Shown here in pieces: positions 13,135 to 27,534 of a stretch of DNA of 64,000 nucleotides. Origin of the DNA: Eledone cirrhosa. Taxonomy: Eukaryota. Made by a program: the position numbers and the translations under genes. Below the pieces are notes generated by a model, which worked only from the letters and a program-made list of their open reading frames with translations, searched no databases and was not told the origin of the DNA. The stretch covers positions 75,330,001 to 75,394,000 of the forward strand of contig OZ024746.1 in NCBI GenBank assembly GCA_964016885.1, read 5' to 3'. Position 1 is the stretch's first letter; every line of letters starts with the position of its first letter.

Positions 13135-13745
13135 GTCAGGTCACCAGTTGGTGCTACTGGTAACATGTATCCCAGTACAACCTGTCTCATGGTCGAGTCG
13201 TTGGCTACTAAACTGGCAACCCCACCAAGGTTTCTTGGTGAGGAGGGTGACTTTGGACATCCTGCAGGAATAAAAACAAAACCTGTCAAAAGGCAAAGGA
13301 GCTCTTAAGAGTCAATGGCCATCCAAAATCACTGGGAGAGATGACCCCTTAGCCTTTGTCAGGACAGAATTCTAGGAGAAGGAAAACTCTGATGTAACAC
13401 CTACAACCCTGATGGTATCCAATGATGTTGACTTGTTCTTCTTTTTGGTAAATATCATCTTGGTTAAGAGAGTGGGACTGGCTTTGTGCAGTGCCTTTGC
13501 TCATTATAAAAGCTTCACGGCACAGGCATTGCTTTATATCTGGAGATCTCTCTGCACTTGTCGTCACATGGTACCATGGGCCCAGCACTATGTGTCAATA
13601 ATTGTCACAAGTGTAGTGTTTGTACCAGAGTTTTCAAGTCGCTGGCTGGACCAAAAAGTCACACTCGTTCAGCGCATCGGTAGGGGTTCTCCTACATGGA
13701 TATAAAGTAGTGGCCGTACTCGAAAACGAGTTGGCAGCCACCATG
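13135..13745 (+). mobile_element. Longest copy of the bipartite non-autonomous RTE-derived element (~610 bp)
   Basis: RTE 5'UTR-like motif ctaggagaaggaaaactctga at 13372-13392 joined to the C2H2 C-terminus and 3' UTR; (ATGT)n on both sides. Confidence 0.75.
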
Positions 13746-14125
13746 TATGTATGTACATATGTATGTACGTATGTATGTATGTATGTATCTATGTATGTAC
13801 GCAAATTGAGAGAGCTGTTACAAAGTCGGATAGAATGCTTTATGGTATTCGTTGGGGCTCTTTTCGGTCTGAATGCAAATCCCGCCGAGGTCAACTTTGC
13901 CTTGTATCCTTTGCAGATTGGTAGATAGAGTACCAGTGCTGGGGTCAATTCTTCTTCTTTCTCAATTCTTCTCTATCACTCTGGAAGAAATCAGCTATGT
14001 TCGACCTGGCGAGAAAATGGACTCCGTCAAGGTTTAAAGATATCCAAGAAAAGTTGTATGTCATTTTGATGCCACTTCCAATCCACAAGGAGTTGTGGGT
14101 TAAAGGAAATATTTATGTATGTATA

Positions 14126-14267
<142 letters not shown>

Positions 14268-14444
14268 TACGCACAGTTATTTATATTTTTATATATACAC
14301 ACACACACGTGAGTGGGTGGGACATAAAAAACATATGCATATATAACTATCTTTGCATACATTTGTATTTATATATATGATGGCTTCGTGTTTATGTAAG
14401 AAACATCTGTGCATGTATTTACGTATGTATATGTCATATGAATG

Positions 14445-14482
<38 letters not shown>

Positions 14483-14495
14483 CATTTACGCACAA

Positions 14496-14605
<110 letters not shown>

Positions 14606-14992
14606 CTATGCAGAGAAACATCTATATGTTTACATATGTTTGTGCATGTGTTAATAAAAATACCACTTCCTCGACTAGTCGAATTAAGTTACTCACGCAC
14701 ATATTCAGATACACATATAATCATATATATACACATACATTTACATACGCACATTTACACGAGTATAAATATCTGTAACAAACTGTATGATTGTGTGGGA
14801 GTATTTATATATAAACACCTTTATATATTTATATACTTATTTGAAGGACTATGTATGATACATATTGCGCAAACGTTTATATACTCGTACTCACATATAT
14901 GCATACACACGTGTGTACGCATACACACACTCATTTATATATCCGTTCTCATCCGTAGCTATTTAAATATAGATTACACCCACACCGACATA

Positions 14993-15052
<60 letters not shown>

Positions 15053-15169
15053 CTCACATTTCGTACACGCATGATATATAAAACGCAATATTTAAAACAT
15101 TAAACTCTTATTTCTGACTTCAAGTAGGTTTATTTTCAAACATCGCTTCTTAAGAGGTCAAAACACCAG

Positions 15170-16030
15170 ATCCACTACCACCTGGCCACTACCACCTGGC
15201 CACCAACACCACCACTTCAACACCACCACCACCACCATCACCACCAATTTAACATCATCCCTACCACTTCAACATTACCATCATGACATAAACAACACCG
15301 CCACAACCACCACCACCACCACACCGCCGCCGCTACTACTCCCACCACGATCACCACCACCAGACACCCACAACAATATCCCACCACCACCAGACACCAC
15401 CACCACCACCACCACCAGCCACGACAATACCCCATCACCACCACCACCACAGTCACCAGCACCACCAACCAGGACAATACCCCACTTCACAACACCCACA
15501 ATATCCCACCACCACCACCACCACCACCACCACCACCACCGTCACTACCACCACCACCGCCACCACCACCACCACCACCGTCACTACCACCACCACAGTC
15601 AACATCACCAACCACGACAATACCCCACCTAACAACACCCACAACAATATCCCACCACCACCACCACCACCACCACCACCACCACAGTCACCACCCCCAA
15701 CAGCGACAATACCCCCCCTCCGCCCCACCTAACAACACCCACAACAATATCTCACCACCACCAACACCACCACAGTCACCACCACCAACAGCGACAATAC
15801 CCCCCCCCCCCACACACACACACCTAACAACACCCACAACACTATCCAACCACCCCACCACCACAGTCACTACCACCAACAGCGACAATACCCCCCACCC
15901 ACCGTCCCACCTAACAACACCCACAACAATATCCAACCACCACCACCACCACCACCACCACCACAGTCACCACCACCAACAGCGACAATACCCCCCACCC
16001 ACCTCCCCACCTAACAACACCCACAACAAT
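15170..16030. repeat. (CCA)n-rich compound repeat with higher-order ~60-70 bp unit
   Basis: Repeated cagcgacaatacccc...cctaacaacacccacaacaatatc. Confidence 0.85.
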
Positions 16031-16329
16031 GCGCCATCTTCTTTCTCTTTCATAACTACAGCAAATTCTCGTGAAGCTTTCCAGATTGTGAGTGGGTGGA
16101 TTCTATCGTAGATTGCGATGTGTTATGTCGAGACATTCTTGGCATATATCTTTTGCATATATACATTTATCTATGTGTGTCTGTATGTGTATGTGTGTGT
16201 GTGTGTGGGTGTGTGTGTGTGTGGGGGGGGGGTATTATCGTTTACAAATATATATCTATTCCATTTGCTTTTACTGACGGTTTCACTTCACAAAAGATTT
16301 TTTATATACATATATATATATATATATAT

Positions 16330-16690
16330 AAATACATTATCAGAGAAAGCTAATAGCGATACTCCGGAATCCCAACTCACTCAACAAACACCGCAGCCTG
16401 GTGCAGTCAGCGACTGACCCAGGTTTTGCTGCACGTCGGGCTGAATGGGGCCAAACTCTTCAAATACCGGTCGCTCTCCGACAGGTTTGCAGTCGTTCCC
16501 CTGGCAGTGGAAACTTCTGGTGTCCTCGGCCCCAGGGTTACCTCCTTACTCACCACCAAAGACGCTGAGCTGGCCAGCCGTAGGTGTGAGCCCCGCGAGT
16601 TGGAGTGGCTTTTCTAGCGCGTCTCCCTTGCCGTCCTCCGGGGAAACGCCTTCTCCATTCTGTCCGCCGGGGCTGTGGGTGGGCCCCATC
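16330..16690 (+). mobile_element. CRE-like non-LTR retrotransposon 3' fragment (RLE C-terminus)
   Basis: KYRSLSDRFAVVPLAVETSGVLGP...EWLF*RVSLAVLRGNAFSI; related fragments at 21020 and 49735. Confidence 0.7.
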
Positions 16691-16888
16691 ACGTACCATT
16701 ACATTAGTTAAATACCATTCTTTCATTTCTTAACATTATTAAACCATTCTAAGTATTGTTAATTGTTAGACTGTATATAAAGAAATAAACATTAGGAAAT
16801 AAGTGAGTATATTCCTAATTAAACGTTCGGGGTACTAACTAATTGTATTGTGTGGAAAATTGACTGTATTATGTCATATGAGATATAT

Positions 16889-16939
<51 letters not shown>

Positions 16940-17094
16940 TTATATATATACTTATATATATATATATGAATATATATACATATATATATATGTGTGTATG
17001 GAAGGATGTATATATGCATACATACATACATATGTAAATATAAAACCAAGGAATGTATATTCATACGCATTTATGTATATGTTTGTATGTGTGA

Positions 17095-17164
<70 letters not shown>

Positions 17165-17207
17165 ATGTATGTGCGTGTGTAAATAGAGAAAGAGAAAGAA
17201 AGAGAGA

Positions 17208-17246
<39 letters not shown>

Positions 17247-17271
17247 TATATACGTGTATACACACATACAT

Positions 17272-17312
<41 letters not shown>

Positions 17313-17654
17313 CGTTACCAAAAAATTGCGCGCGAATTTATGACGTCCCGCATCGTATTTTAAACACCCACACACAAACCACCCCCGCCAACAAGACCCC
17401 ACAAACTAATTCCCGCCTACCAGTTCTCCGTCACCAAAATAAATTCTATTTCAAATAAATAGGAAAAAGAACAGCAAAAGGTCTGGTGTCAGCTAAAATG
17501 ATAATGGGACTTATAAAATATCGCAGAGCAAACAAGAATCAGTCTGGAGAACTGGGAATAAAATGTCTGAAAATATTCAAAGAATTCTGTAGTTCCAGGA
17601 ACGTGGGGTGAGTGGGAAACAAACGGTAAAAAAAATAATTAAATAATGGCAATA

Positions 17655-18004
17655 CGGTGGTGGTAGTGGTGGTGGTGTTGGTGGTGGTGGTGGTGGTGGT
17701 GGCGGCGGTGGTGGTGGTGGTGGTGATGATGGTGGCGGCGGTGGTAGTGGTGGTGGTGGTGGTGGTGGTGGTGGTGGTGGTGGTGGTGGTGGTGGTGGTG
17801 GTGGTGGTGGTGGTGGCGGTGGTGGTGGCAGTGGTGGTGGTGGTGGTGGTGGTGGTGGTGGAGACGACAATGATGATGATGATGATGATGATGAAATGCA
17901 ACACAAGAAGAAGAAGAAGAAGAAGAAGAAGAAGAAGAAGAAGAAGAAGAAGAAGAAAGGGAGGAGATGGAGGAGGTGGAGGATATGGAGAAGTTTTAAA
18001 AATG

Positions 18005-18035
<31 letters not shown>

Positions 18036-18121
18036 AACAATTGTTGAAGCGTTAAAAATGCAACTGAACAACAGCTGCAAGAATTAGAAAACATGAACAC
18101 AACAACAACAACAACAACTGG

Positions 18122-18171
<50 letters not shown>

Positions 18172-18270
18172 ATAACAACAAGTACATCAATTACAATAAC
18201 AGCAACAACTACAACAACAACTACTACAACAACAACTGTTACTACTACACTAATAACAAGTACACCAATG

Positions 18271-18329
<59 letters not shown>

Positions 18330-18810
18330 AACTACAACAACAACAACTACAACAACAACAACAATAACTACTACAACAACAACAACAACAACAACAACAG
18401 CAACTACAACATTAACAAACAAAAAACTACTCCTGCGCAATAACAACAACAAAAGTAACGACAACAACAACAGCAAAAACAACAACAACAGCAACAACTA
18501 AAACATTAACGAAAAAAAACTACTCTTGCACAATAATAACAACAACAACAACAACAACATCACCAATAACAACAACAACAACACCAACAATAACAACAAT
18601 AACAACAACAACAACAACAACAACAACATCACCAATAACAACAACTCCCCAAAGAATAGAAGGAAACAGTAAAGAAAGAAAGGAAGAAGTGACGCAAGAA
18701 TTTAGTATCAAGTTAGGATTGGTAAGATTGGTGCCTGTAGGATTAACATAATGAAATAAAGTCACTACTACTACTACTACCACTACTACTACCACTACCA
18801 CCACCAAAAT

Positions 18811-18869
<59 letters not shown>

Positions 18870-18918
18870 GTACTACTACTACTAGTACTACTACTACCTC
18901 CACTACCACCACCAAAAT

Positions 18919-18967
<49 letters not shown>

Positions 18968-18971
18968 GCTG

Positions 18972-19010
<39 letters not shown>

Positions 19011-19079
19011 ACACAACCACCACCAAAATCACTACTACTACTACTACTGCTGCTGCTACTACTACTACTACTGTTGCAG

Positions 19080-19138
<59 letters not shown>

Positions 19139-19201
19139 GTTGCTACTACTACCACTAACACAACCATCACCACCACCACCACCACCGTTACAACCATCTA
19201 C

Positions 19202-19233
<32 letters not shown>

Positions 19234-19425
19234 CAGTAGTTGTTGTTGTTGTTGTTGTTGTAGTACTACCGCCACCACAACAATAACCACCACTACTACT
19301 AATACTATTGTTAGTACTACTAATATGGTTTGTTCTAGTTATAGTTTTTGCTGTAGTTTTTATGTGGTTGGTGCTTGTAGTGGTGGTGGTGGTGGTGTTA
19401 GCGGTAGTGGCAGAGATGAGGTCGT

Positions 19426-19473
<48 letters not shown>

Positions 19474-19520
19474 ATGCTGTTGCTAGTGGTGGAGGTGGAA
19501 GTGGCGGTGGTGGTGGCAGC

Positions 19521-19569
<49 letters not shown>

Positions 19570-20490
19570 TGGGTGATGGTGGCAATAGAGCGTAACAGCG
19601 TTGGTGTATCTGGAAAAACCTTTGTTGGTTTGTTGCATTGTTGGCGTTTTGTTTTCAGGAAGGTCCTAAATTACTAAATTCTATTGAAGACAGAATATGG
19701 CTGGCGTTATGGTTGTATTGAAGGAGGTGTAGTGATGGTGGTAGTGGGGTTTGTTTATAGAGGAGTGAGGGGAGCAGCGTTGGCTGTGGGAGGCTGTATA
19801 AGGTGGGGAGGTTGAGGTTTGTAGACGGTGTGAGAGGCGTTGGTGTTGGTGTTGGTACTGGTGCTGGTGCTGGTGTTGGTGGTGATGATGATAGGGGTGG
19901 TAGTGATGGTAGTGGTGGTAGTGGTGGTGGTGATGGTGGTGGTGGTGGTAGTGATGGTAGTGGTGGTAGTGGTGGTGGGGTGGTGGTGGTGGTGGTAATA
20001 GTGGTGGTAGTGGTGGTAGTGGTGGTAGTGGTGGTGGGGCGGTGGTGGTGGTGGTAATAGTGGTGGTAGTAATTGTAGTAGTGGTACCAGTGGTAATAGT
20101 GTGGTGGTAATGATGGTAGTGGCAGTACTAGTGGTAGTGATGGTAGTGGTGGAGGTGGTGGTGGTGGTGGTGGTGGTGGTGGTGGTAGTGAAAGTGGCGG
20201 TGGTGGTGGTGATGGTGATGGTAGTGGTGTTAGTGGTGATAGAGATTGTGGTGGTGAAAGTGCTAGAGGTAGTGATGGCAGTGGTGGTAGTAGTGATAGT
20301 GATGGTGGTGGTGAAAGTGATGGAGGTAGTGATGGCAGTGGTGGTAGTAGTGATAGTGATGGTGGTGGTGAAAGTGATGGAGGTAGTGATGGCAGTGGTG
20401 GTAGTAGTGATAGTGATGGTGGTGGTGGTGAATGTGGTGGTGGTGTTGGTGGTGCTGGTGGTGCTGGTTCTGGTGATGATGACGCTGGTG
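17655..20490. repeat. Trinucleotide microsatellite mosaic (GGT, GAT, GAA, CAA, CTA, GTA) with a 57-bp x3 unit at ~20260-20430
   Basis: Direct reading. Confidence 0.9.
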
Positions 20491-20723
20491 GAGTTTCTTT
20501 ACAGGATGAGGGAGTACTGAAGGTTGTGGCAGTGGGGTATATTTACCGGATGTAAATCTACACACCACAATGTTATGAGACTGACCTTCTTTTGTTTGTT
20601 GATATCTTTCTATACTGATGATCTTAGCATTGTTATCGTAATGAAACTATTACTATAAACATGCAAGTGCCAATATTTTGTGAATGTAAAGATCGATCAG
20701 CATAAATGGTAGAGTGTCTAATA

Positions 20724-20910
20724 ATTGTTTCTACTTTAGGCACAAGGCCAGCAATTACCCAGTGCAATACTGGTACTTTATTTTATCGACCCTGTAAGGA
20801 TGAAAGGCAAAGTCAACCTCGGCGGGATTTGAACTCAGATCATAAAGGGACGTAACTATGCTGGAAAGCATGGCGTCCGACCCTCTACCGATACTGCCAA
20901 TCCACCGCCC
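20724..20910 (-). mobile_element. Full-length SINE family 1 with 16-bp TSD
   Basis: ggtagagtgtctaata at 20708-20723 and 20911-20926. Confidence 0.9.
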
Positions 20911-21019
20911 GGTAGAGTGTCTAATAGTGGAGGATTAACGGGGTGGAGTGCTAAATGAGCTGTGGTTAAGGGCCCCAAAATATTTAAGGAGCTCCATATT
21001 AATGTTTTTGCTCTAGAGC

Positions 21020-21110
21020 ATCTCCCTTACCGTCCTCCGGGCAAACGCCTTCTCCATTCTGTCCGCCGGGGCTGTGAGGCGGCCAGCACGTGGGACCCCA
21101 TTCGCTCACT
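21020..21110 (+). mobile_element. CRE-like 3' remnant
   Basis: Matches 16615-16690. Confidence 0.55.
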
Positions 21111-21702
21111 AAAAAGTGAGATGGGGAGGGCGAGAGAGATGGGGGCGATGACGGTGGGAGTTCGGCTCTTCCATGTTCGGTCACATTGTACCTGTCAAAA
21201 GTGTATATATTGATGTACAATCTCGGGTTTACTACTTCATGCTTATAAATATGCTCTGTGCTAAACAATCGACCTGTGATAGATATATAATAATAAATAA
21301 GGGACTCGATTAAATTTAACCAGGGGTCCTTACACGTTCAATTTACCTGTAGTGACGCAGTTAATGACATATTTAGAGAAGATTAAACTTCGACCCTCAT
21401 TTTATTCTTCCTGATTTCTAATTCGGTTATGCTATTAATCCCATCTGATGTGGAATGATACAGTAGTAGTAGTAATAATAAATAGAATTTGGGGTTTGAG
21501 GTTTTTGGTTAACCACATTTTATATATAAAGAATATATGCGTCACAATTATCTAACTAACTATCTATTCGTTTAACACCTTTGATAAAGGTATGTGTTAA
21601 CCGAAATATATCAGGATCAATTACATATTTCAATAACATCGTTATTGTTATATTTTATATCAAATGTTCGATCTGATCTGCATTGCAATACCTTTATACA
21701 TA

Positions 21703-21770
<68 letters not shown>

Positions 21771-21894
21771 GTTTTCAAAATCCACATTCAATAAAAACAC
21801 CAGGATTGTTTTCATTCTGATGACTGAAAGCAGATTTGTTTGCTTTCAAGAAACCACTGGTAAATGAAATAATTATCTCATGTTGTTTATTACA

Positions 21895-21942
<48 letters not shown>

Positions 21943-21964
21943 CATTATTATTATTATTATATAT

Positions 21965-22095
21965 TACGTCCCTTTACAGTCTGAGTTCAAATCCCGTCGA
22001 GGTTAACTTTGCCTCTCACCCTTACGGGGTCGATAAAATAAAGTACCAGTAATGTACTGGGTAATTGGTGGCCTTGTGCCTAAAGTATAAACAAT

Positions 22096-22097
<2 letters not shown>
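21965..22097 (+). mobile_element. SINE family 1, 5'-truncated
   Basis: B box plus core. Confidence 0.75.
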
Positions 22098-22154
<57 letters not shown>

Positions 22155-22544
22155 TGTGTGTGGTGTGTGTGTGGATGAATATGTGGTTAGAGAGATATGG
22201 GAATGGGTTGGAAATATGTCAATCCAGCCTAAAAAACACACAAATCTCAATTAATTGACTGCATAGTTGTACTAAAATACCATTAAATTAAAATACCTAC
22301 ACTCACTGTGACCCCTACTCTCTTCCAAACAACCTACACCTTCCACCCTCCTATCTCCGTTGGTAAATTACAAAATACAAAGACGGTTATTGAGCTATAA
22401 TTAGGATGGCCCTACTTTGTATATAAGCAGATGTGCTTCTAGATTCAACAAGTCTTCTTCAATAGAGTGACGTGATAACGATGATAGTGTTGGTAGCCAT
22501 AGGAATGTGGGTCATATCGTTTATATATAGATACATACATATAT

Positions 22545-22837
22545 CCGTGTGGCTGAGGGGTTAGAGAACTGGATTCGCAATCGTGAGGTTGTGAGTTCGA
22601 TTCCTGGACCGGGCGATGCGTTATGTCCTTGAGCAAGACACTTTATTACACGTTGCTCCTTCTACCTGGAGTTGCGACAGATAGATAGTATTAGCAATTG
22701 GAAAGACCAATGGAAACACGGTTTCCTCGGTCCGATTTGACGAAAGTCGATCGTTAGGAATATATCCGTATAGATATAAATACACACATACACACACACA
22801 CGTACACACACAGACACACACAGACACACACACACAC

Positions 22838-22871
<34 letters not shown>

Positions 22872-23090
22872 ATTTGGTGAAGGCGGGAGGCTGGGTGGTT
22901 AGAGAAACGGCTTTGAAATCGTGAGGTTGCGAGTTCGATTCCCGGACCGGGCGATGCGTATGTCCTTGAGCAAGACACTTTATTTCACGTTGCTCCTTCT
23001 ACCTGGAGTTGCAACTGATAGATAGTATTGGAAATACCAATGGAAACATTGTTTACTCGGTCCGATTTGACGAAAGTCGATCGACTGTCG
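22545..23090 (+). mobile_element. Two tandem tRNA-SINE family 2 copies (22545-22755, 22878-23090)
   Basis: A box tggctgaggggttaga, B box gagttcgattcc, gtccttgagcaagacactttatttcacgttgctcc. Confidence 0.8.
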
Positions 23091-23111
23091 ATATATATAT
23101 ATATATGTACA

Positions 23112-23144
<33 letters not shown>

Positions 23145-23196
23145 TATCCTTATCGAGCCCTCTTCGGATTATAGTCTTCACATTTATTATTATTAC

Positions 23197-23239
<43 letters not shown>

Positions 23240-23311
23240 GGAGCTTCCAACAGTAATGGTTGCATTCTTTAAGGGTATGTCAATATTTATTTATAAAACT
23301 GATTTATATTA

Positions 23312-23376
23312 TATTTTATCTGATGAAAGCACACCATAATTTAACTTGGTGTCCTTGAAATATGTATAATGAAATA
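23312..23376 (+). ncRNA. Type I minimal hammerhead (family C; element ~23238-23416)
   Basis: Identical by eye to 909-973. Confidence 0.75.
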
Positions 23377-23416
23377 AATATGGTTTTATAAATATAGTTT
23401 CCATTTGTTAATATCG

Positions 23417-23448
<32 letters not shown>

Positions 23449-23524
23449 TTGCGAGGTTTTTGATATGAAATCGTGTGTCGAAACAAATATTGTTATACTT
23501 GGGGAGGGTCATATTGTTGTATTA

Positions 23525-23712
23525 AATGTTTCTACGTTAGGCACAAGGCCAGCAATTACCCAGTGTATTACTGGTACTTTATTTTATCGACCCTGTAAGG
23601 ATGAAAGGCAAAGTTAACCTCGGAGGGATTTGAACTCAGACTGTAAAGGGCCGTAACTCTATACGTCAAAGCATGGCGTCCGACCCTTTACCGACACTGC
23701 CAATCCACCGTT
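23525..23712 (-). mobile_element. SINE family 1 nested in a family F element
   Basis: Core and head present; flanks continue the family F sequence. Confidence 0.75.
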
Positions 23713-23843
23713 CTGTTATTATTGCCAGAAATAATAACAGAACACACTCATTGTTTGGTTGGTTTTCGCTTCTGTATCTTTCATATCTCCATAGTTAATT
23801 AATTTATTTGGCAATCAATGTTTATCATTGATTGACCAACGGT

Positions 23844-23895
<52 letters not shown>

Positions 23896-23900
23896 TGTAT

Positions 23901-24066
23901 ATAGGAACAAGTAAGACCCCGACGGCTGAGTCCAGAATTAGCCGTCGAAACGGCTTGAGCTCAGCCGTCGGGGTCTTACATGTTCCTATTACCCACTCTA
24001 CTACCCTAAGTATTGAGTACTTTGGTGCGTTATGGTCCATCTGGTTCCTTACCACATTTCCTTCGT

Positions 24067-24068
<2 letters not shown>
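23901..24068 (+). mobile_element. Family A element with short inverted arm
   Basis: ggaacaagtaagaccccgacggctgag followed by the forward arm and tail. Confidence 0.7.
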
Positions 24069-24105
<37 letters not shown>

Positions 24106-24145
24106 GATATTAAACAAATGGAAACTATATTTATAAAACCATATT

Positions 24146-24211
24146 TATTTCATTATACATATTTCGGGGATACCATATTAAAAATATGGCATGCCTTCTT
24201 CAGATAAAATA
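24146..24211 (-). ncRNA. Type I minimal hammerhead (family C subfamily; element ~24104-24490)
   Basis: tattttat-CTGAAGA-aggcatgccatat..atatggtatcccc-GAAA-tatgta-TA-atgaaata. Confidence 0.7.
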
Positions 24212-24584
24212 CAATATATAAACAGTTTTATAAATAATTTTGACGTACCATAAATATTGACCAACCGTTATGTAAGAAGCTGGTTTGGTAGTGAGATGTT
24301 TATAAATATTTAGTGTTAAGCACAGTTAAAAAGAAAGACGGAGAAAAAGAAGAAATGTATGTAAAGAAAAATATCGTATATCGTATATCGTTAATATCGT
24401 ATATCTACTCCAAAACTTGTCGCGTGCTTTATATCAGTTATAAAATATTTACTTGTTGTAACCCAACAATTTTATATAAAACTTTTGCATATATATATAT
24501 ATGCACATCTGCAACATCATCAGTAGAACTATTATTATGTTCCCTCCTATTGTATTGTATTGTAATGTCTACGCCATTTTTATT

Positions 24585-24639
<55 letters not shown>

Positions 24640-25127
24640 TTTCTTCTTGTCACCGTCTCTGCGCATGCGTTTGCGTGTATGTATAATGTTTGTTGTGTGT
24701 GTTCGCGTTTGATTGTATGTGTTTTGGTTTTTGTATTCTATCTTTGTTTACTAGTGAAACCAACCAAACAGTGAGAGTGTTCTGTTATTATTTCTGGCAC
24801 AACAATATGACCCACCCCAAGTATAACAATATATATATATATACACGAGAGAGAGAACAAATATCCGTAGGTGTAAAAAAGTAAAAAGGAAAACAGTTCT
24901 CAATGGGGAAAAGAGCTGATATATCATATTATTTATTCATGTTCATATACGGTAGAGGAATCAAAATTGTCGCCTAATCTTCAGGGACTCAAATGAGATT
25001 TTGCACCTGAAGATTGGGTCATAATTTTGATCCCTCTTACATTCTGGAGATATGGTTAATATTGGGTCTTGAAACCTTAGGAAGCGTTCTTGTCCCGTGT
25101 GTGAATAAAAATAGATAATATAATATA

Positions 25128-25196
<69 letters not shown>

Positions 25197-25202
<6 letters not shown>

Positions 25203-25515
25203 GGAAAAAATGAAACGAAATTTCATTTCCCACTCTTAGTAAGGCTGTTACTTAAATATAAGGAAGTACACGTCCATACATATATGTATACAGACGTACA
25301 GTAGTATGTATATATATATACATACATGCACACATATATATATGTACGTATGTTTGTTTGTTTACAAACACACCGAGCATTATAATAAATGTTCGGTGAA
25401 TCCATACGTACATATGTATGTGTGTGCATGTATGTATATATATATACATACTACTGTACGTCTGTATACGTATATGTATGTACGTGTACATACTTATATA
25501 TATATATATATATAC

Positions 25516-25560
<45 letters not shown>

Positions 25561-25577
25561 CGTATGCATGCATACTT

Positions 25578-25652
<75 letters not shown>

Positions 25653-26440
25653 AAAAAGTATGACCCCGACGGCAGAGCTCAAGCCGTTTCGACGGCTATT
25701 TCTGGACTAAATTAGAATTTTTAGCCAGGCTAAAAATTCTAATTTAGTCCAGAAATAGTCGTCGAAACGGCTTGAGCTCTGCCATCGGGGTCATACTTTT
25801 TTCCTATTTCCCACTCTACTACCCTAAGTATTGAGTACTCTGGTGCGTTATGGTCGATCTAGTTCCTTACCACAATTCCTTTGTTATATATATATAAATA
25901 TAAACGGAAAAAATGAAACGAAATTTCATTTCTCACTCTTAGTACGGCTGTTACTCAAATCTTACAAACACACCGAGCATTATAATAAATGTTCGGTGAA
26001 TTCATACGTACATATATATATGTGTGCATGTATGTATATATATATACATACTACTGTACGTCTGTATACATATATGTATGTACGTATACATACTTATATT
26101 TAAGTAACAGCCGTACTAAGAGTGAGAAATGAAATTTCGTTTCATTTTTTCCGTTTATCGTTTTCGGTATGCTCGGCCGATTATATAACTCGATATGCAA
26201 ATTAGGCTGCTCAACCGTTAATATGCATAAGGAAAGTATGTACTTTCAGACGTTCAACCATCTGGCAAGAAGGCATACGTTGCTGACGATAGCAAATAAG
26301 CTTAAAACTAGTACAGCGTTCCTTTGTCAGTGTTGAACAAATGAGCAACGATGGTTGCTAGACACTACGGCTTAATACGGGATGTTTGTTTACAAACACA
26401 CCGAGCATTATAATAAATGTTCGGTGAATCCATACGTACA
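25197..26440. mobile_element. Rearranged family D short elements with a nested family A fold-back (25648-25887)
   Basis: aacggaaaaaatgaaacgaaatttcattt in both orientations; degenerate hammerhead cgttg-CTGACGA-tagc..gctt-aaaa-ctag-TA-cagcg at 26278-26318. Confidence 0.6.
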
Positions 26441-26582
26441 TATATATATATATGTGTGCATGTATATATGTGTGCATATATATACATGTGTGCACGTGTA
26501 CTGTATATATATAGTTAGTAAATGAAACAATCGCAGGAATGCGAAAGTACAGTTATATTAGGTAGCGTTTTGGATCCGTGTA

Positions 26583-26705
<123 letters not shown>

Positions 26706-26994
26706 TTACATATATTACTGGAACATTGGTTATGAAACTAAATGCTTCAGCAACAATCTTGAGACGCTACGATTCACAAAACTAGACAAGATGCAGCTAA
26801 TTAAGACAGTTCAATTAGAAGCCATTAATGAGTCTGTGAAAATATGTAGAACATTCCAGAAGTTTATCCTGTATGTAATAAGTGCCTATATACATATATA
26901 TATATATATATATACCCACATAAATGTGTACATAGATACATACATACATACATACATATAAATCTCCACACTCAGACACTTCCCCACACATATA

Positions 26995-27153
<159 letters not shown>

Positions 27154-27390
27154 CGTATGTATGTATACACGTATGTATGTATACACGTATGTATGTATAC
27201 ACATAGATACATACAGAGATAAACATTCCTATGGAACTATCTTTACAAGTGACATAATCTTTATGCATACACACGTCTTTCCCATATATATATGTGTGAG
27301 TGTGTGCGTGTGTGTATATATATATATATATATAACATAATATAATATGCTATATAATATAATATATGTATGACATTTTTCGCAGTTTTT

Positions 27391-27423
<33 letters not shown>

Positions 27424-27534
27424 ATAACATAATATAATATGCTATATAATATAATATGTATGACATTTTTCGCGTGTGTGAGTGAGTGTGTGGGTGTGTT
27501 AAGATCGTAAATAAATTAATAAGAGCGAATATTT

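Noticed and set aside
13960-14110. Possible exon or transposase fragment
   Set aside because: No clear splice pair or recognisable motif
22545-22620. tRNA genes
   Set aside because: A/B boxes belong to SINE heads that continue into SINE bodies; no complete cloverleaf
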